A DNA stretch of 64,000 nucleotides from Asterias rubens (taxonomy: Eukaryota), in assembly GCF_902459465.1 (NCBI RefSeq), contig NC_047075.1, forward strand, positions 10,912,001-10,976,000, given 5' to 3'. The notes beneath the pieces were generated by a model. It saw only the letters and a program-made list of their open reading frames with translations, did no database searches and was not told the DNA's origin. This document shows, in pieces, positions 22,417-35,100 of the stretch. The translations under genes and the position numbers were made by a program. Each line of letters opens with the position of its first letter. Within the stretch, counting starts at the first letter, position 1.

Positions 22417-25400
22417 GTAAAAAAACATCAAAAAATACAAACAAAAATACAAACAAACACGAATTTCAATTGTTTCATAATAAAATGCTAATACAGTAAA
22501 ATAATTGTGTTTATTAAACAAGTAACAGTACACCAACTCAGAGTAAACATGACTGTAAGACAAGGCAGAGTAGTGGACAACTAACATCTTTTGTTTGTAA
22601 TTTTAGTCAAATTTTAAACATTGTTTAACTTAAGAGGGTTAACATTATTATTATTATTTGTTCTTTTATGCAAGTCGACAGACACACAAGGCCAGAAGGC
22701 CTCTTCAAGGTGTGAGCTATATACCCTAAGTTTCTCAAATTGTGTGTACCTTTAACTTAGTCAATGGTCCTATAAGTCCAAATAACGAATGTTTTGTATG
22801 ATTCAAGTTTGACACGTTTTATTTGTTCTTCCTTTGGCAGATGGCTGAACGACAACCCAGGTGTAGAGCTTAGTCCCGCCGCGTTTGGTGGTAGACGTTT
22901 TAAATCGATGTAATGCAATACAACACCTTGATTTAATTAGGGAATAACAGTGTTCGTACCCTATCATCACGGCGTGGTAATGACCGGGTTGGTGGCTGGC
23001 GCTGTTAACGGACCTCGCCTCCGGCTCGGTCCGTTAACAGCTCCAGCCACCAACCCGGTCATTACCACGCCGTGAAGACCGGGTACGAACACTGTTATTC
23101 CTAATAATAAATAATAAATACCTTTTTTAGCGAATTAAACGGCTACAATTGTCAAAATCTTGTGATTTTTCTCTCGGCGGTACTTCCAGACATGTTCAGG
23201 GGCCATAGTTGAGCTTTTGATGGTTCCAATCTCTTTCGTGCGTTAATCACATTACTGATCTTTGAGACCAGTGACTCTTTGAAACAATGATCTGTTAAGC
23301 GGCTTCACCGGGGTCAAATGAGGCAAATGATTGGACGATAGCTGTTCCTTGTGCATTAAAATGCCCATGAGCTCGGCGTCAGTTTATACGCGCGCAAAAC
23401 CATTACACGCGCGCACTCCAAATTTATACATTTCCAGCGCGCGTAAGCGTAAGTGCGCGAAGTTGCAGAGAAACTTGCAGGGATATAAATAAGCGTGCGA
23501 TATACAGTGCAACGCGCAAGGTTTACACAATGTATGCTGATTCAGTGGCCATTTATTCGCTATTTTCCAAAGCCGGTCTTTATACCACCGTTAACACTCC
23601 CACACGTGACCGGGTTTTGACCAAACAGAGACTTGAAACCGTCCAAGGTATTTATTAATAATAAATAAAAGTACAACGACAAGTTTGTCCCGTCAAGTAT
23701 GAAGCCTGTTTAGAATAAAATAAATGTCTTTAAAAGCTTCCGAGGTAAGAAATTCAGATTTTACTCATAATTTCGTTTAGAGACAAAACATGTTATGTTT
23801 TTAAACTCGTTCGCGTAAGATTTTGCATTATATAACACCGGCAAGACATTTATTTTAATTAAAAAAAAAAAAAAAAAGCTTTCATTGTTCTAATTTGGTT
23901 TATGCTCCACATTTATAGTTAAATAAAAATTGCATAAATTCAAAAAGATGTTTAACATTCAATAACAATATTGGTCATCTGTGAGGCAAACAATCTGCCG
24001 TGATGTACCACCAATGGGCCGAAGATAACAAATGGGCAAATGGATTGTTGAATGGCGTTAGTATTACACTGGCAGTGCAATGAAATTCAAGTTGCTAAAA
24101 CACACGCACTCACTTAAGGAACAAATCCCCATGCCAAGCTCCGGACTTGGATTTTAATCAGGGTCAACAGAGGAGAAATGCATGACATAAACAGCTGAGT
24201 AAACTTGAAGCCCATTGATTGAAAAGTCACTGTGTTGGTCTCATTTGTATTAGCAATGTATTGATGTAAATCTTAACATTTCTTCCAGATCACTCCAGGG
24301 CAATCATCTTACAAGTATAGAGAGCTACACACTGGGAGGCATGCTGCTGACTGTGTGAGTGGTTTGGGACAATGTTGAAGTTAAGAGAGTAAATGAATGG
24401 TTAGATAGTCCCCAGTTTTATTGTTTATTCTTGTTTATCGGGTGGTTGTTTCTGGCATATCCAAAATGGGACAAGAGTTTCAACCCAGAATTGACCTAAT
24501 TTGCATATTTAAATTAGGCGGTAATTATCAAACTTTATGGTAAATTATCTTTAAAACTATTCATTATCAGGACAAACTTTGTGTTAGAGGTGAATATAAA
24601 CCTGACCTCGGGAGTCTAAAAAAGATATTTGTCTACTCGAATGACTCTTTCCGAACAACTAGGTCAAAGATCAGGGGGTAAAACATACGTTTAATTGGTT
24701 TTCTCCACTTAAATGTATCATTACATGGTATACCATTACAGATAAATTAACAATGAATTAATTATTTGTCCCAATTGACCTCTATTGATGACATTCAATA
24801 AAATAAACTAAATTAATAATCAAATTTATCCGAAGGAATCTTGGTGCCAATGCCTTCTAGTGATTTTCCAAGCGAGTAGGTGTAAATTTTAACTAACAAA
24901 ATTGTCATTGCACAAACACCATGCTATCATTATGCCTAGTTTTCATTAGTCCTCTGGTGCGGGATTGATGTGCATTTTCTGCAATTATACCCCGTATGAG
25001 TGATACGTTGAACCATCAACTGTCCATGTGTACAAGGCAAAATTGAAGAACAGACGTTTGACACACTATATGGATGCAATGCCTGATGATGATATGTCTT
25101 AAAAATAGTGATTCTTTTCAACCGAATTGTCGTTTTCTAGGTACTCAAGAATGATTGCTGTCTTGGCCATACAATAATTTAGCTTATTACGTTTTTGTAG
25201 CTACTCGGCTTTTCTGTGCATAATAAGGCATCGTCAGCAGCAACCTTGTCCGCTGTGCATCGTCCAACCCGTCTATGTGATTTACCACGATGCTCTCGAC
25301 ATTAAGATCAGTTGCCTCCCCTGTTGGTGCCTCACCCGTTGGTGTCACTCTCAAGTTGTTGCCCAACAGTTGTATCCACCCCCGGTTGCATCAACGCTGT

Positions 25401-28400
25401 TGACTACACGTCAAAGCGTCCATCGTTGTTGCCTCCCCAGTTATTGCCTCCCATGCTGTTGCCTCCCCAGTTGTTGCCTCCCGTGTTGTTGCCTCCCCTA
25501 TCGTTTCCTCCCCAGCTTCTGCGTCCCCAGTTGTTTCCTCCCAGTTGTTGCCTCCCAGTTGTTGCCTCCCAGTTGTTGCTTCCCAGTTGTTGCCTTCCAG
25601 TTGTTTCCTCCCATAATGTTGCCTCCCCAGTTGTTTCAGCCCAAAGTTTGTCTCCCTAGTTGTTGCCTCCCCAGTTGATGCCTCCCATGTGTTGCCTCCC
25701 CTGTTGTTGTCTCCCCAGTTGTTGCTTCACCATTTGCTATCTTCCCCAGATGTTGTCTTCCTTGTTGTAAGCTCCCATGTTGTTGCCTACCCAGTTGCTG
25801 CCTCCCCAGTTGTTGCCTCACCATTTGCTATCTTCCCCAGATGTTGTCTTCCTTGTTGTAAGCTCCCATGTTGTTGCCTACCCAGTTGCTGCCTCCTCAG
25901 TTGTTGCCTCCCCTCATTATTGCCTCCCCATGTGTTGCCTCCCCTTATGTAGTCTCCCCAGTTGCTGCCTCACCAGTTGCTATCTTCCCCAGATGTTGTC
26001 TTCCTTGTTTTAAGCTCCCATGTTGTTGCCTACCCAGTTGTTGCCTCCCCAGTTGTTGCCTGGGCAGTTGTTGCCTCCCCAGTTTTTGCCTCCCCTGTTT
26101 CTGCCTCCTCAGTTGTTGCCTCCCCGTTGTTGCCTCCCCGCTGGTGCCACTGTCCTGCCTCTAATCCGGTTGTTTCCTCATTGAACTTCTTTCAAGCATT
26201 GTTAATTACCTGTTTGTATACCTCATGTATGGACCGCCATTGTCTTACACTGAGAGAAAAGGTGAAAGGAAATATTCCAAAGGAGATCAAGAGAAACTAT
26301 CGCTCCCAGGAGCTACCAGCGAAGCTATTGCTCCCAGCAGAAGCTACGATAGAAGCTGTCGCTCACAGAAGCTACCAGGGAAGCTATCGATCACAAAAGC
26401 TACCAGAGAAACCATCGCTCCCAGATAAGCTATTGCTCGAACAAGCTACCAGAGAAACTATCGCTCACAGAAGCTACCAGAGAAGCTATCGCTCCCAGTG
26501 GCTACCAGAGAAGCTTTCGTCAATAGAAGCTACCAGAGAAGCTCTCGCTCCCAGAAGCTACCGGAGAAGCTCTCTCTTCCAGAAGCTACCAGAGAAGCTA
26601 TCGCTCTTAGAAGATGCCAGAGAAGTTATCATTCCCAGAAAGCTACCAGATAAGCGATCACTCCCAGAAACTACCCGAAAAGATATCACTACAAGAAGCT
26701 ACCAGATAAGCTATCACTCCCAGAAACTACCAGAGAAGCTATCGCTCCCAGAAGCTGCCAAAGAAGCTATCGGTCACAGAAGCTACCAGAACAGCTATCG
26801 CTCCAAGAAGCTACCACAGAAGCTTTCGCTCCCAGAAGCTACTAGAGAAGCTATCGCTCTCAGAAAATGCCTAAGAAGTTATCACTCCCAGAAAGCTACC
26901 AGATAAGCTATCACTCCCGGAAGCTACCATAGAAGCTATCACTACAAGAAGCTACCAGATAAGCTATCACTCCCATAAACTACCAGAGAAGCTATCGCTC
27001 CCAGAAGCTGCCAGAGAAGCTATCGGTCACATAAGCTACCAGAACACCTATCGCTCACAGAAGCTACCAGAACACCTATCGCTCACAGAAGCTATCAGAA
27101 CAGGTATCGCTCCCAGAAACTACCACAGAAGCTATCGCTCCCAGAAGCTACAAGAGAAGCCATCGCTATGGCGTTTTGCTACAGACCCTTTGAATAGCGG
27201 AGCTTCATTATAGATTAGACAAAGCCATTTCCCATACAACATGTTGGTGAGCTCCATGAAACCAAACATAAAATGCAAGAACATTGGCAAACTTCTGGTA
27301 CACTCCTTTCAGTTTTCGCTTTCCTGATTACTAATGCGGATACTAATAAACTGCGATGAGACAAATCTAGCTGTGCTGTTAAAGCCAAGCACACCATTTG
27401 TTTTGTCTTTTAACGCACTGTTCAAACATTGACCCCTGACCTACCAGTAGAGAGGTCATTTAAATGTATTTTATTTCATTGGATATAATATTTTTAAGAT
27501 TGTTTGGGAAAGGGTGGATTATTTTAAACCAAAAAATACATTCATTATTATTTTCACTGTGATGTTATGAAACGTAATAATGCATTTGAGTGGAGAAAAC
27601 CAATTTAACGTATGTTTGACTCCCTTGACATTTGACCTAGTTGTTTGGAAAGGGTCAATCGAGTATACAATTACGTTTTTAAGATTATCGGGGTCAGGTT
27701 TCTATTTAACTCTAACACAATATTTGTCCTAAAAATGAATAGTTTTAGAGATATTTGACCATAAAGTTTGATAATTACCACCTGATTTAAATATGCAAAT
27801 TAGGTCCCTTCCGGGTTGAAACTCTTTTCCCATTTTGGATATGTCATCAATAACCACCCAATAAACAAGACTCAACAATAAAAAAGCGTTTGCAATTTGT
27901 TTGACACAACATGAACATAATTCTCAATCTAGTCCTCTATAGTGTGCTTTAATTTTAAGCCACAAAAAAGCCTTGTATTAACACTTTCTACATTTTTTTT
28001 AAGTTAGTAGTTTCATTGTAACTAACAATGCAACGAAAAAAAAAAACGAAGTTATCCTAAGGACAGACTGAAACTCTATGAAATTAAATGTCGAGAACTA
28101 ATTCAAACAATGTTCGGAATAACTGATGTTCGGTTAACTGTACATCATCATAATAAGCAGCCATGCTAACCTTTTTAAAATTGCCCTGTAATTTGGGGCG
28201 GTTTTAGTAATCACCTATCGCCGTAAGACTCATTTTTCGCCGTGCAATTGCTAGTTTACAAAGAGACTGTTCATGACAGTGCATACGCTCTGTTTTGGCT
28301 ATAGACGATGTGACCTCTGACATCACTCGAAAAACATAACATGATTCACTCGCATACCGCCGGGCAGAACCTTTGTGTTTTGGCAGCCAGCTAGAAAGTG

Positions 28401-29121
28401 TACGCAATCTTACCGTGACCACGCGTCTTGTTGCATGGCGAAACGTGACATATACAGTGTTTTGTCAACAGAGGGCGATTGAATGTAAACACAGGTCACA
28501 TCGTCTATACTTACCTCAACATTTTGCGCTGACGATCACCATCTCCGTTTTACTGTGCAAGCGCTGGTTTTCTTCGCTAGATGTGAAAGGCGTGAGATAT
28601 TTTCTTCCATGGTAAAACAAAACTACCCCGGTGTCTTACAACCAGGGCCCAATTCTATAAAGCTTAACGGTAAGCAGATTCGCTTGCTTAACATAGCGAA
28701 ACAAATTGCTTAAGCGTGAACCTGTTTCACGAGCGGTTGCTAGCTTATGCACGTAAGCAAACTGCGCGCGGAACACTTAAGATCGTTTGCTTCAGCAAAA
28801 AAAAAAAAAGGTGCCGACATAATGGCGGGCGAAATAAATGCTGAGGCGATAACAAAATCATCACATTCTCTGTGTGATATGTATTGTTTGTAATGGTTAA
28901 AAGTGCCCCTTGAAAGGTTTACACACTAACTTAAGAGTAAACAAGAAGGAGATACATTGTAAACAAATTCTGAAACATTTTAGACACTCGTTTACTTCGA
29001 TTCACCTACCGCACACACTTGCAAAATACACACAGCTGCGCCGCCACACTATTGCAACAACGTATTGCAATTATATTGCACAATGCGCTGTGCTAAAACA
29101 GGGTGTTTAGCTAAAAAAAAG

Positions 29122-29155
<34 letters not shown>

Positions 29156-32100
29156 AAGGGAGCTTTAATGACCCTTTTTGCTTGCTTACCGCTTTAAGCA
29201 AACAACATTGCTTAAGCAAGTCTGAGAAATGAAAACAATTGCTAGGTGCGCCCGTTTAGCACACAATCGACCGTTGCGCAGCTCTATGAAATTGGGCACA
29301 TGGTGAGCAACCAGGTGTACTGGCCCGGCTTCAAGACGTTCCCTTTAGGTCCATTGTTGTTCTGTCCACATCCAGGGCTCCCTTCCTGGAACCAAAAAAA
29401 TAGACACACCTTAAGCTGGGATTCCCAAGAGTAATTAATCCTTTTAAATTGTCCATTATACCCACCGGGAAGTATGGCCAGGGAGATGGCTCAGGCCATT
29501 TCGCTTCCATAACTTTATACCAGCAGCTCGAGACCGGACAGGAAACGGGTCTGGAAGAAACTGCCAGGTGGAATAGACATTACGAGCTTATCAATTTGTG
29601 CGTGTGCATAGGCTGTAATTTCCCGATAACCCGCGACGTACGTTAGATGTTAGCGCGAAAACCATAACAATAAAATATGGCAATAATCTATTTTATTTTG
29701 TACGTATTTATCGTTCAATTGTAGAAGGCTCCCCAACAACAACTTACAGGAACTTCCAGACGGATTGTTTTCAGATCAGACAGACTCAGAACGACATGTA
29801 CAAAGGATGTGAGTATTGCAATTTGCTCCTCTGAAAGAAGTTTAAAAACAGTGTTATGTTGTTGTTAAAACCGTATTTTGTTTTATTTTATTTTATTTTT
29901 TTGCTTTGTGTACTGGTAGTTCTTCTAGTTATAGTTACTAAAACTTTATATACGTTTCGTTCTTTCTTTTTCAAAAAGGCATATTTTCGATGAGCCTAAA
30001 ATGGAACATGCTTTTAGAATAAGTACTAAAAGGGTACATCGAAAAGCCACATTAAATTTATTTACCACTCTAACAAGCAAGTTCTGTCTTAACTGATCTT
30101 AAGACGACACCTCTACGATAGTTTAAAGTAATCAGTCTTCGAAATCGTACTATTCCGTATGGAGTTTATCTTAACATCTTTATCGAGGCTAAGGTTGGTT
30201 CCCTAAAAGGTGACTGAATAACCATGACTTAAGGCGCCTTGTCAAAACCTCCAAGCCCTTCCATTCCGCGTGCATTCTGTGGGAGTCCGCGGATTTTTGT
30301 AACAAAAGAACCCGTAGCAACCGGGCATGTCCACGGCCACGACGGCTCATTTACATGTCAATGAACATGAATATTCCGGGGGCTCCGCGGAGCGACCGGT
30401 CGGCCATTGTAAGGTCCAGCTTATGAGCTGACCGGCGGAACCGCGGAGGAACGTAGGTGGTTGACAATGGTTTTACCTTTGCGATTAAAAAGCAAAGTAA
30501 GGGTGGATGTGTAACTAAAATCCATTTCCTCCAATGTGTGATTTTTAAGACTTGGTTGGGCCTACATAACCAAAACATGAATTTTAAAAAATTGTTGTCT
30601 TTATCCCCGTCTTCGACTGACAAAAGTTCCAGGCTACGTGCAAACTCCGTTCCAAGTGCGTCAGAGTATCCAGGGGACAATTTTAACTGTTCGTTCTTAC
30701 TTTCCAAGCGGAAAACATTGGTTTCTTATTTATAAAATCCCAAGTCACCGTCACCAATAAACAAATTTACACACCTGTGCGAGTGTGTCTCCATGTCAAA
30801 ACAACCAGATAGTCTGGTTTGTCCAATGTCTGATGAGAGGGAGGAATGGGGGGGGGGGGGGTTGGGTAATGACTGATCATAACGCAAGAGCCCTGTACTG
30901 AGGGAAGAAAAGTGTAGCGACGAGTTCTTAAACGGCCGTTTAAAACCGGCAAATGTTTTAAACGGACGTTCACGAACGAGTCACTACACTTTTATTCCCA
31001 TTCATAAATGCCATTTTGTTAAAAAAAGTTAAACAAATACAATTATAGACACTTTAGCAATTGGAAATTCGAAGGTTGAATAATCTGTTTGATGCGCGTT
31101 GGATGTGTTTATAAAACGCGCGTTTAAAACATCCCCACGTGACGCGCTCTCCACCAATAGGAGTAGATAAACTGTCTGGGGTATTTATGAATACAGTTTA
31201 ATGAGAGTGACTGATGATTTTTTAAGAAGTTTACAGGATGACCCTAATATCCTCTGATAATGAGCCTTTGCAGCAGGTACGATGGTGATGAACCCCCCAT
31301 TACTGAACTTGTTTATTTTGGGCTTTGTAATTAAACAAAACAATAGCAATAAACTGGAAGGTATAACGTTTTTACTTGTTGCGTATACAACGAAAAACAA
31401 ATACAACAGACCGTGGCTTGTTTATTATGCGGAAATCGATAGTTTGTTACATTGGTTTTCATGTTGCTTGTGTGCGGCGTGATTTAAACACAATTTTACA
31501 ATTTCAGTAACAGTTTTAGCTGCGTCGTAAAGTTTTACCGTGAGGTTATGGGCTTTATCACAAGTGGATACTACTGAGTTCTAATCAAACACATAATTAG
31601 TAGAGTAAGTTCTTAAAATAAAATATATATTTTTTACACTTTATAGCTTCGATTATGTTCTTTTACCTTCTGTTTCCCCTTTTTGCCATTTTGTTCTAGC
31701 AATACAAATCATAACAAGTTGCCATGTTTTTATGTGTTTACAGTGATCTTGCTAACAATCAAATTCGAAAGGTATCTCCATCAACTTTCAAAGGTTTAAA
31801 GGAAGGCATGTATTTGTAAGTAAACAAATAACATGTTTTGTTATTGTACATGAATCTATCTGTGGGGGCATGGTTTGCTTGTGCGTAAAGCGCTCGCCTC
31901 TCACCAAGGTGACCCCGGTTCGATACTCGGCTAGTGCCATTATGTGAGTTGAGTTGTGCGTTGGTTCTCTGCTGTGCCACGAGGGTTTTCCAGACCATTC
32001 GGTGACAATTCGGCAGTTAATTCATTTCCCTAATGCTAACTTTTAAGATACATTTTGGGGAGCAGTGTCGAAAATTGGTAAAAGTTCAGAGTGGCATGGT

Positions 32101-35100
32101 GGGTGCAAACTTTTGCTTGAGGTCCTATTTCCTGAACGAGCCGTCTGATAATCTAGCATGATGAGTGTAACAACAAACACATCGTCTGCATAAAATGACA
32201 ATTCTAGGACATCAAAACGTAATTTCATAATTCTGACTAATGCGTCTAATTCTCATAATAACAAAAACTCGAACTTCTCTAGGGTCTTTCATCACATCAC
32301 ACCACTCTGATAGACCGATACTAGGCTGTGTTAAATAACAACAGTCTCCTGACGATGACTACAGCAAGCTATAGTCGAAACGATGAGACCAATTCAAGAA
32401 CTGTCTCTGTGGTAGTACCGTTAATTACGATCATATAATCTGGTAGTCCCAGCCAATTTCCTATACCTTCCGCCCGGGTTGTAGTTAAAAAGCAGGACAG
32501 TTCTTTTTATAAATGAGAAGTCTCCCGAACATCCGATAAATCTACTCCGCGGTAGTAGAATAAAGAAATACGGTTCTGTAAGAACAAACTCTATACCTGG
32601 CAAGTAGATACACGCATGGTGTTACCGCAAACTAAATTTAAATTTAAATACTTATTGTCTGTTTGTGTACTGTATACATCACATATATGGTCATGCATTC
32701 CAGGCGCATCAACTCGACCCTGGTGCATCCACTGATCCCTACTTTGGTTGCTTAGATAACTACCAAGGCTTTGAAATCACATTATATTAAAACATTGACC
32801 TACATTATTGATCGCATCTTGCTGGTTATTTGTTCTAGACTATGTTCAGGGTCCACACTTTGTAACATCTTAACTGTGGTAATGTTCCTTTTAAAGGTAG
32901 ATTTAAAAAAATGGCAAGATTTCAGACTACATGAATAATAATAGGGGCAGCTACCCAAGTGGCAACTTACCTTTAGCTAAATGCGACTGGGAAGATAAAT
33001 TCCGAAAATAGGCAAATATTATTTCATTTCAAAGTCCTGATAAAGTTACCAATGAACGTCGCTGAACGACTGATATTATTTACAAACTTGCCTCATGTTT
33101 CACTTTTTGCTTTTCAGATTATTAGCTGCAAACAAGCTGAATGATGAGTCACTACCAAATGATTTATTGGTCAACTTTACGCTTAATACTTTGATGTAAG
33201 TAGTCAGTAATTATTCATGTTAAGCGTGGCGGTACCCTTGTTGTTTAAGATGCTTATATTTTAATTTATTTATTGTTTATTACATGTTTTGGTCAATGTA
33301 GAATTTTAAACCGAGTTCAAATCCAGCTGCCGGGCACTGAACAATTGATTTAAACCGGTCACAAAGTTACTGATAGACTTTTGGCAAAGCAACAGTATTC
33401 CGAAAGATAGGACAGCAAAAGTTTGAAGTCACTTTGGACGGCATAGTTTGTAAATGACTGGCATCAAAACTAGACATATGATCATGCCATCGGGAAGACG
33501 GTGGATGCCGCGCTTGAGTTAAAACACAGGTCAAAAAAGTCCAAAATCAACTAGACATAGTGTTTTTTGTTAATTACAAAAACACGGTGTTCGGTTGGAC
33601 GTTACGTGATGACGTAGTTCAAAAACATTGAACCATAAAGATGTTTTTTATACAATGTGTCGTTATTTTATAGTTAAACTTGTATCACACTTTTGAACGC
33701 CTTGTTTCTTCACAAATGCAATATGTTTGTGTGAGATTGGCATCAGTTTTTTGCTTGCAACTTATGAAAGCCCTTTAAAAATCTAGCTCACCCCTGCACT
33801 TGATGCTGTACACAGATTTGATAATCAACAGCGCCCTCTTTGGTGGGCAAAAAGATAGCGCTGTTGGGAATTCCCCCAAAAACTTTCGCGCCATATGATT
33901 TTTACACATTTTATTGTTACTCAATACCTGATGACGTCATTATGACGTAATTAGGCCTGTGTTGTCTTACAAATGCTAAGGTTCAACTATCTATTGAGTT
34001 TCAAGGTTCAAATCGATCTCAATCTTGAGTTATGCCGTAGATAAGCTCAAAAGTTGTTTTTTTTATGAAAAAAAAACACGAAGGCGAACTTTGACCCGAA
34101 CTTCGACCCGGAAGTTAAGGTCGTACGATTTTAGCGTTAACTCTTCAAATGTTATCCAAGTCTTTATCTATCCGATGCCCAAGTATGAACATCATAGCTT
34201 ATATATTCGTTGAGATAAAGCAACAAGCAAATGGTAATTTTTTTAACATTAAAAACCCTGTCATGACGTCATCAATGACTTCATCAATCCAAAAAAGTGG
34301 CAGTTTCATCTGCGCAATAGTGCCTATGTACAAAGTAAGTTTTAAGTTTGTACAAGCTTTACTTTTGTTTTAAAGCTCAAAAGTTGTTTTTTGATGAAAA
34401 AATGCGAAGGCGAACTTTGACCCAGGGTAACGACCGGAAGTTAAGGTCAAACGATTTTGGCGTTAACTTATCAAATGTTGTCCATGTCTTTATCTATCTG
34501 ATGTCCAAATATGAACATCATAGCATTCATATTCGTTGAGATACAGCGAAAAGCAAATGTCGTTTTTCAACTTTAAAAACCTTGCCATGACGTCATCAAT
34601 GACGTCATCATTCCCAAAAAAGTGGCGGTTTCATCTACTCACTATTGCCTATGTACATAGTAAGTTTTAAGTTTGTACAAGCTTTACTTTCGTTTAAAAT
34701 TGCTGGAGAAGGTTCGCAGGAAAAGAAGAACGCGAGGGAAAAAAAAAAACCAGAACAATAACAATAGTTGTTCGGCTGTTGGCCGAACACCTAAAACAAA
34801 AAAACAGAACAATAACAATAGTTGTTCGGCTGTTGGCCGAACACCTAAAAAAAACAGAACAATAACAATAGTTGTTCGGCTGTTGGCCGAACACCTAACA
34901 CAAAAAAAACAAAAACGGAACAATAACAATAGTTGTTCGGCTGTTGGCCGAACACCTAAAAAACAGAACAATAACAATAGTTGTTCGGCTGTTTGCCGAA
35001 CACCTAATAATTTAAAAATTGATATAAACTGAAAAATAAACTATATTGTTAACCCATGTTGATATGCCAAACCTTCGTAATTAACAGTTAATTACCTTGT

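Larger units (their letters stand above)
24416..27884. mobile_element. 3.47-kb non-autonomous element with ~310-bp imperfect TIRs enclosing minisatellites
   Basis: 24416-24722 is the reverse complement of 27577-27884 (e.g. ATATCCAAAATGGG..TTTCAACCC..GACCTAATTTGCATATTTAAAT; AATTGGTTTTCTCCACT). Confidence 0.75.

Noticed and set aside
25277-26164. Cys/Pro-rich ORFs (CCLPS repeats) resembling keratin-associated or metallothionein-like proteins
   Set aside because: They are translations of a 15-bp minisatellite open in several frames, inside a TIR element within an intron, with no splice or start context.
25962-26906. 314-aa ORF
   Set aside because: Read-through across two adjacent minisatellites; the low stop frequency is a property of the repeat units.
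30351-30735. 118-aa and 92-aa overlapping ORFs in a GC-richer intronic patch
   Set aside because: No recognisable domain or splice sites; probably an old repeat interior.
34750-35006. CRISPR-like array (palindromic repeat x5); also considered for 56400-57950
   Set aside because: No unique spacers (only A-runs or degenerate units), eukaryotic intron context and no cas genes.
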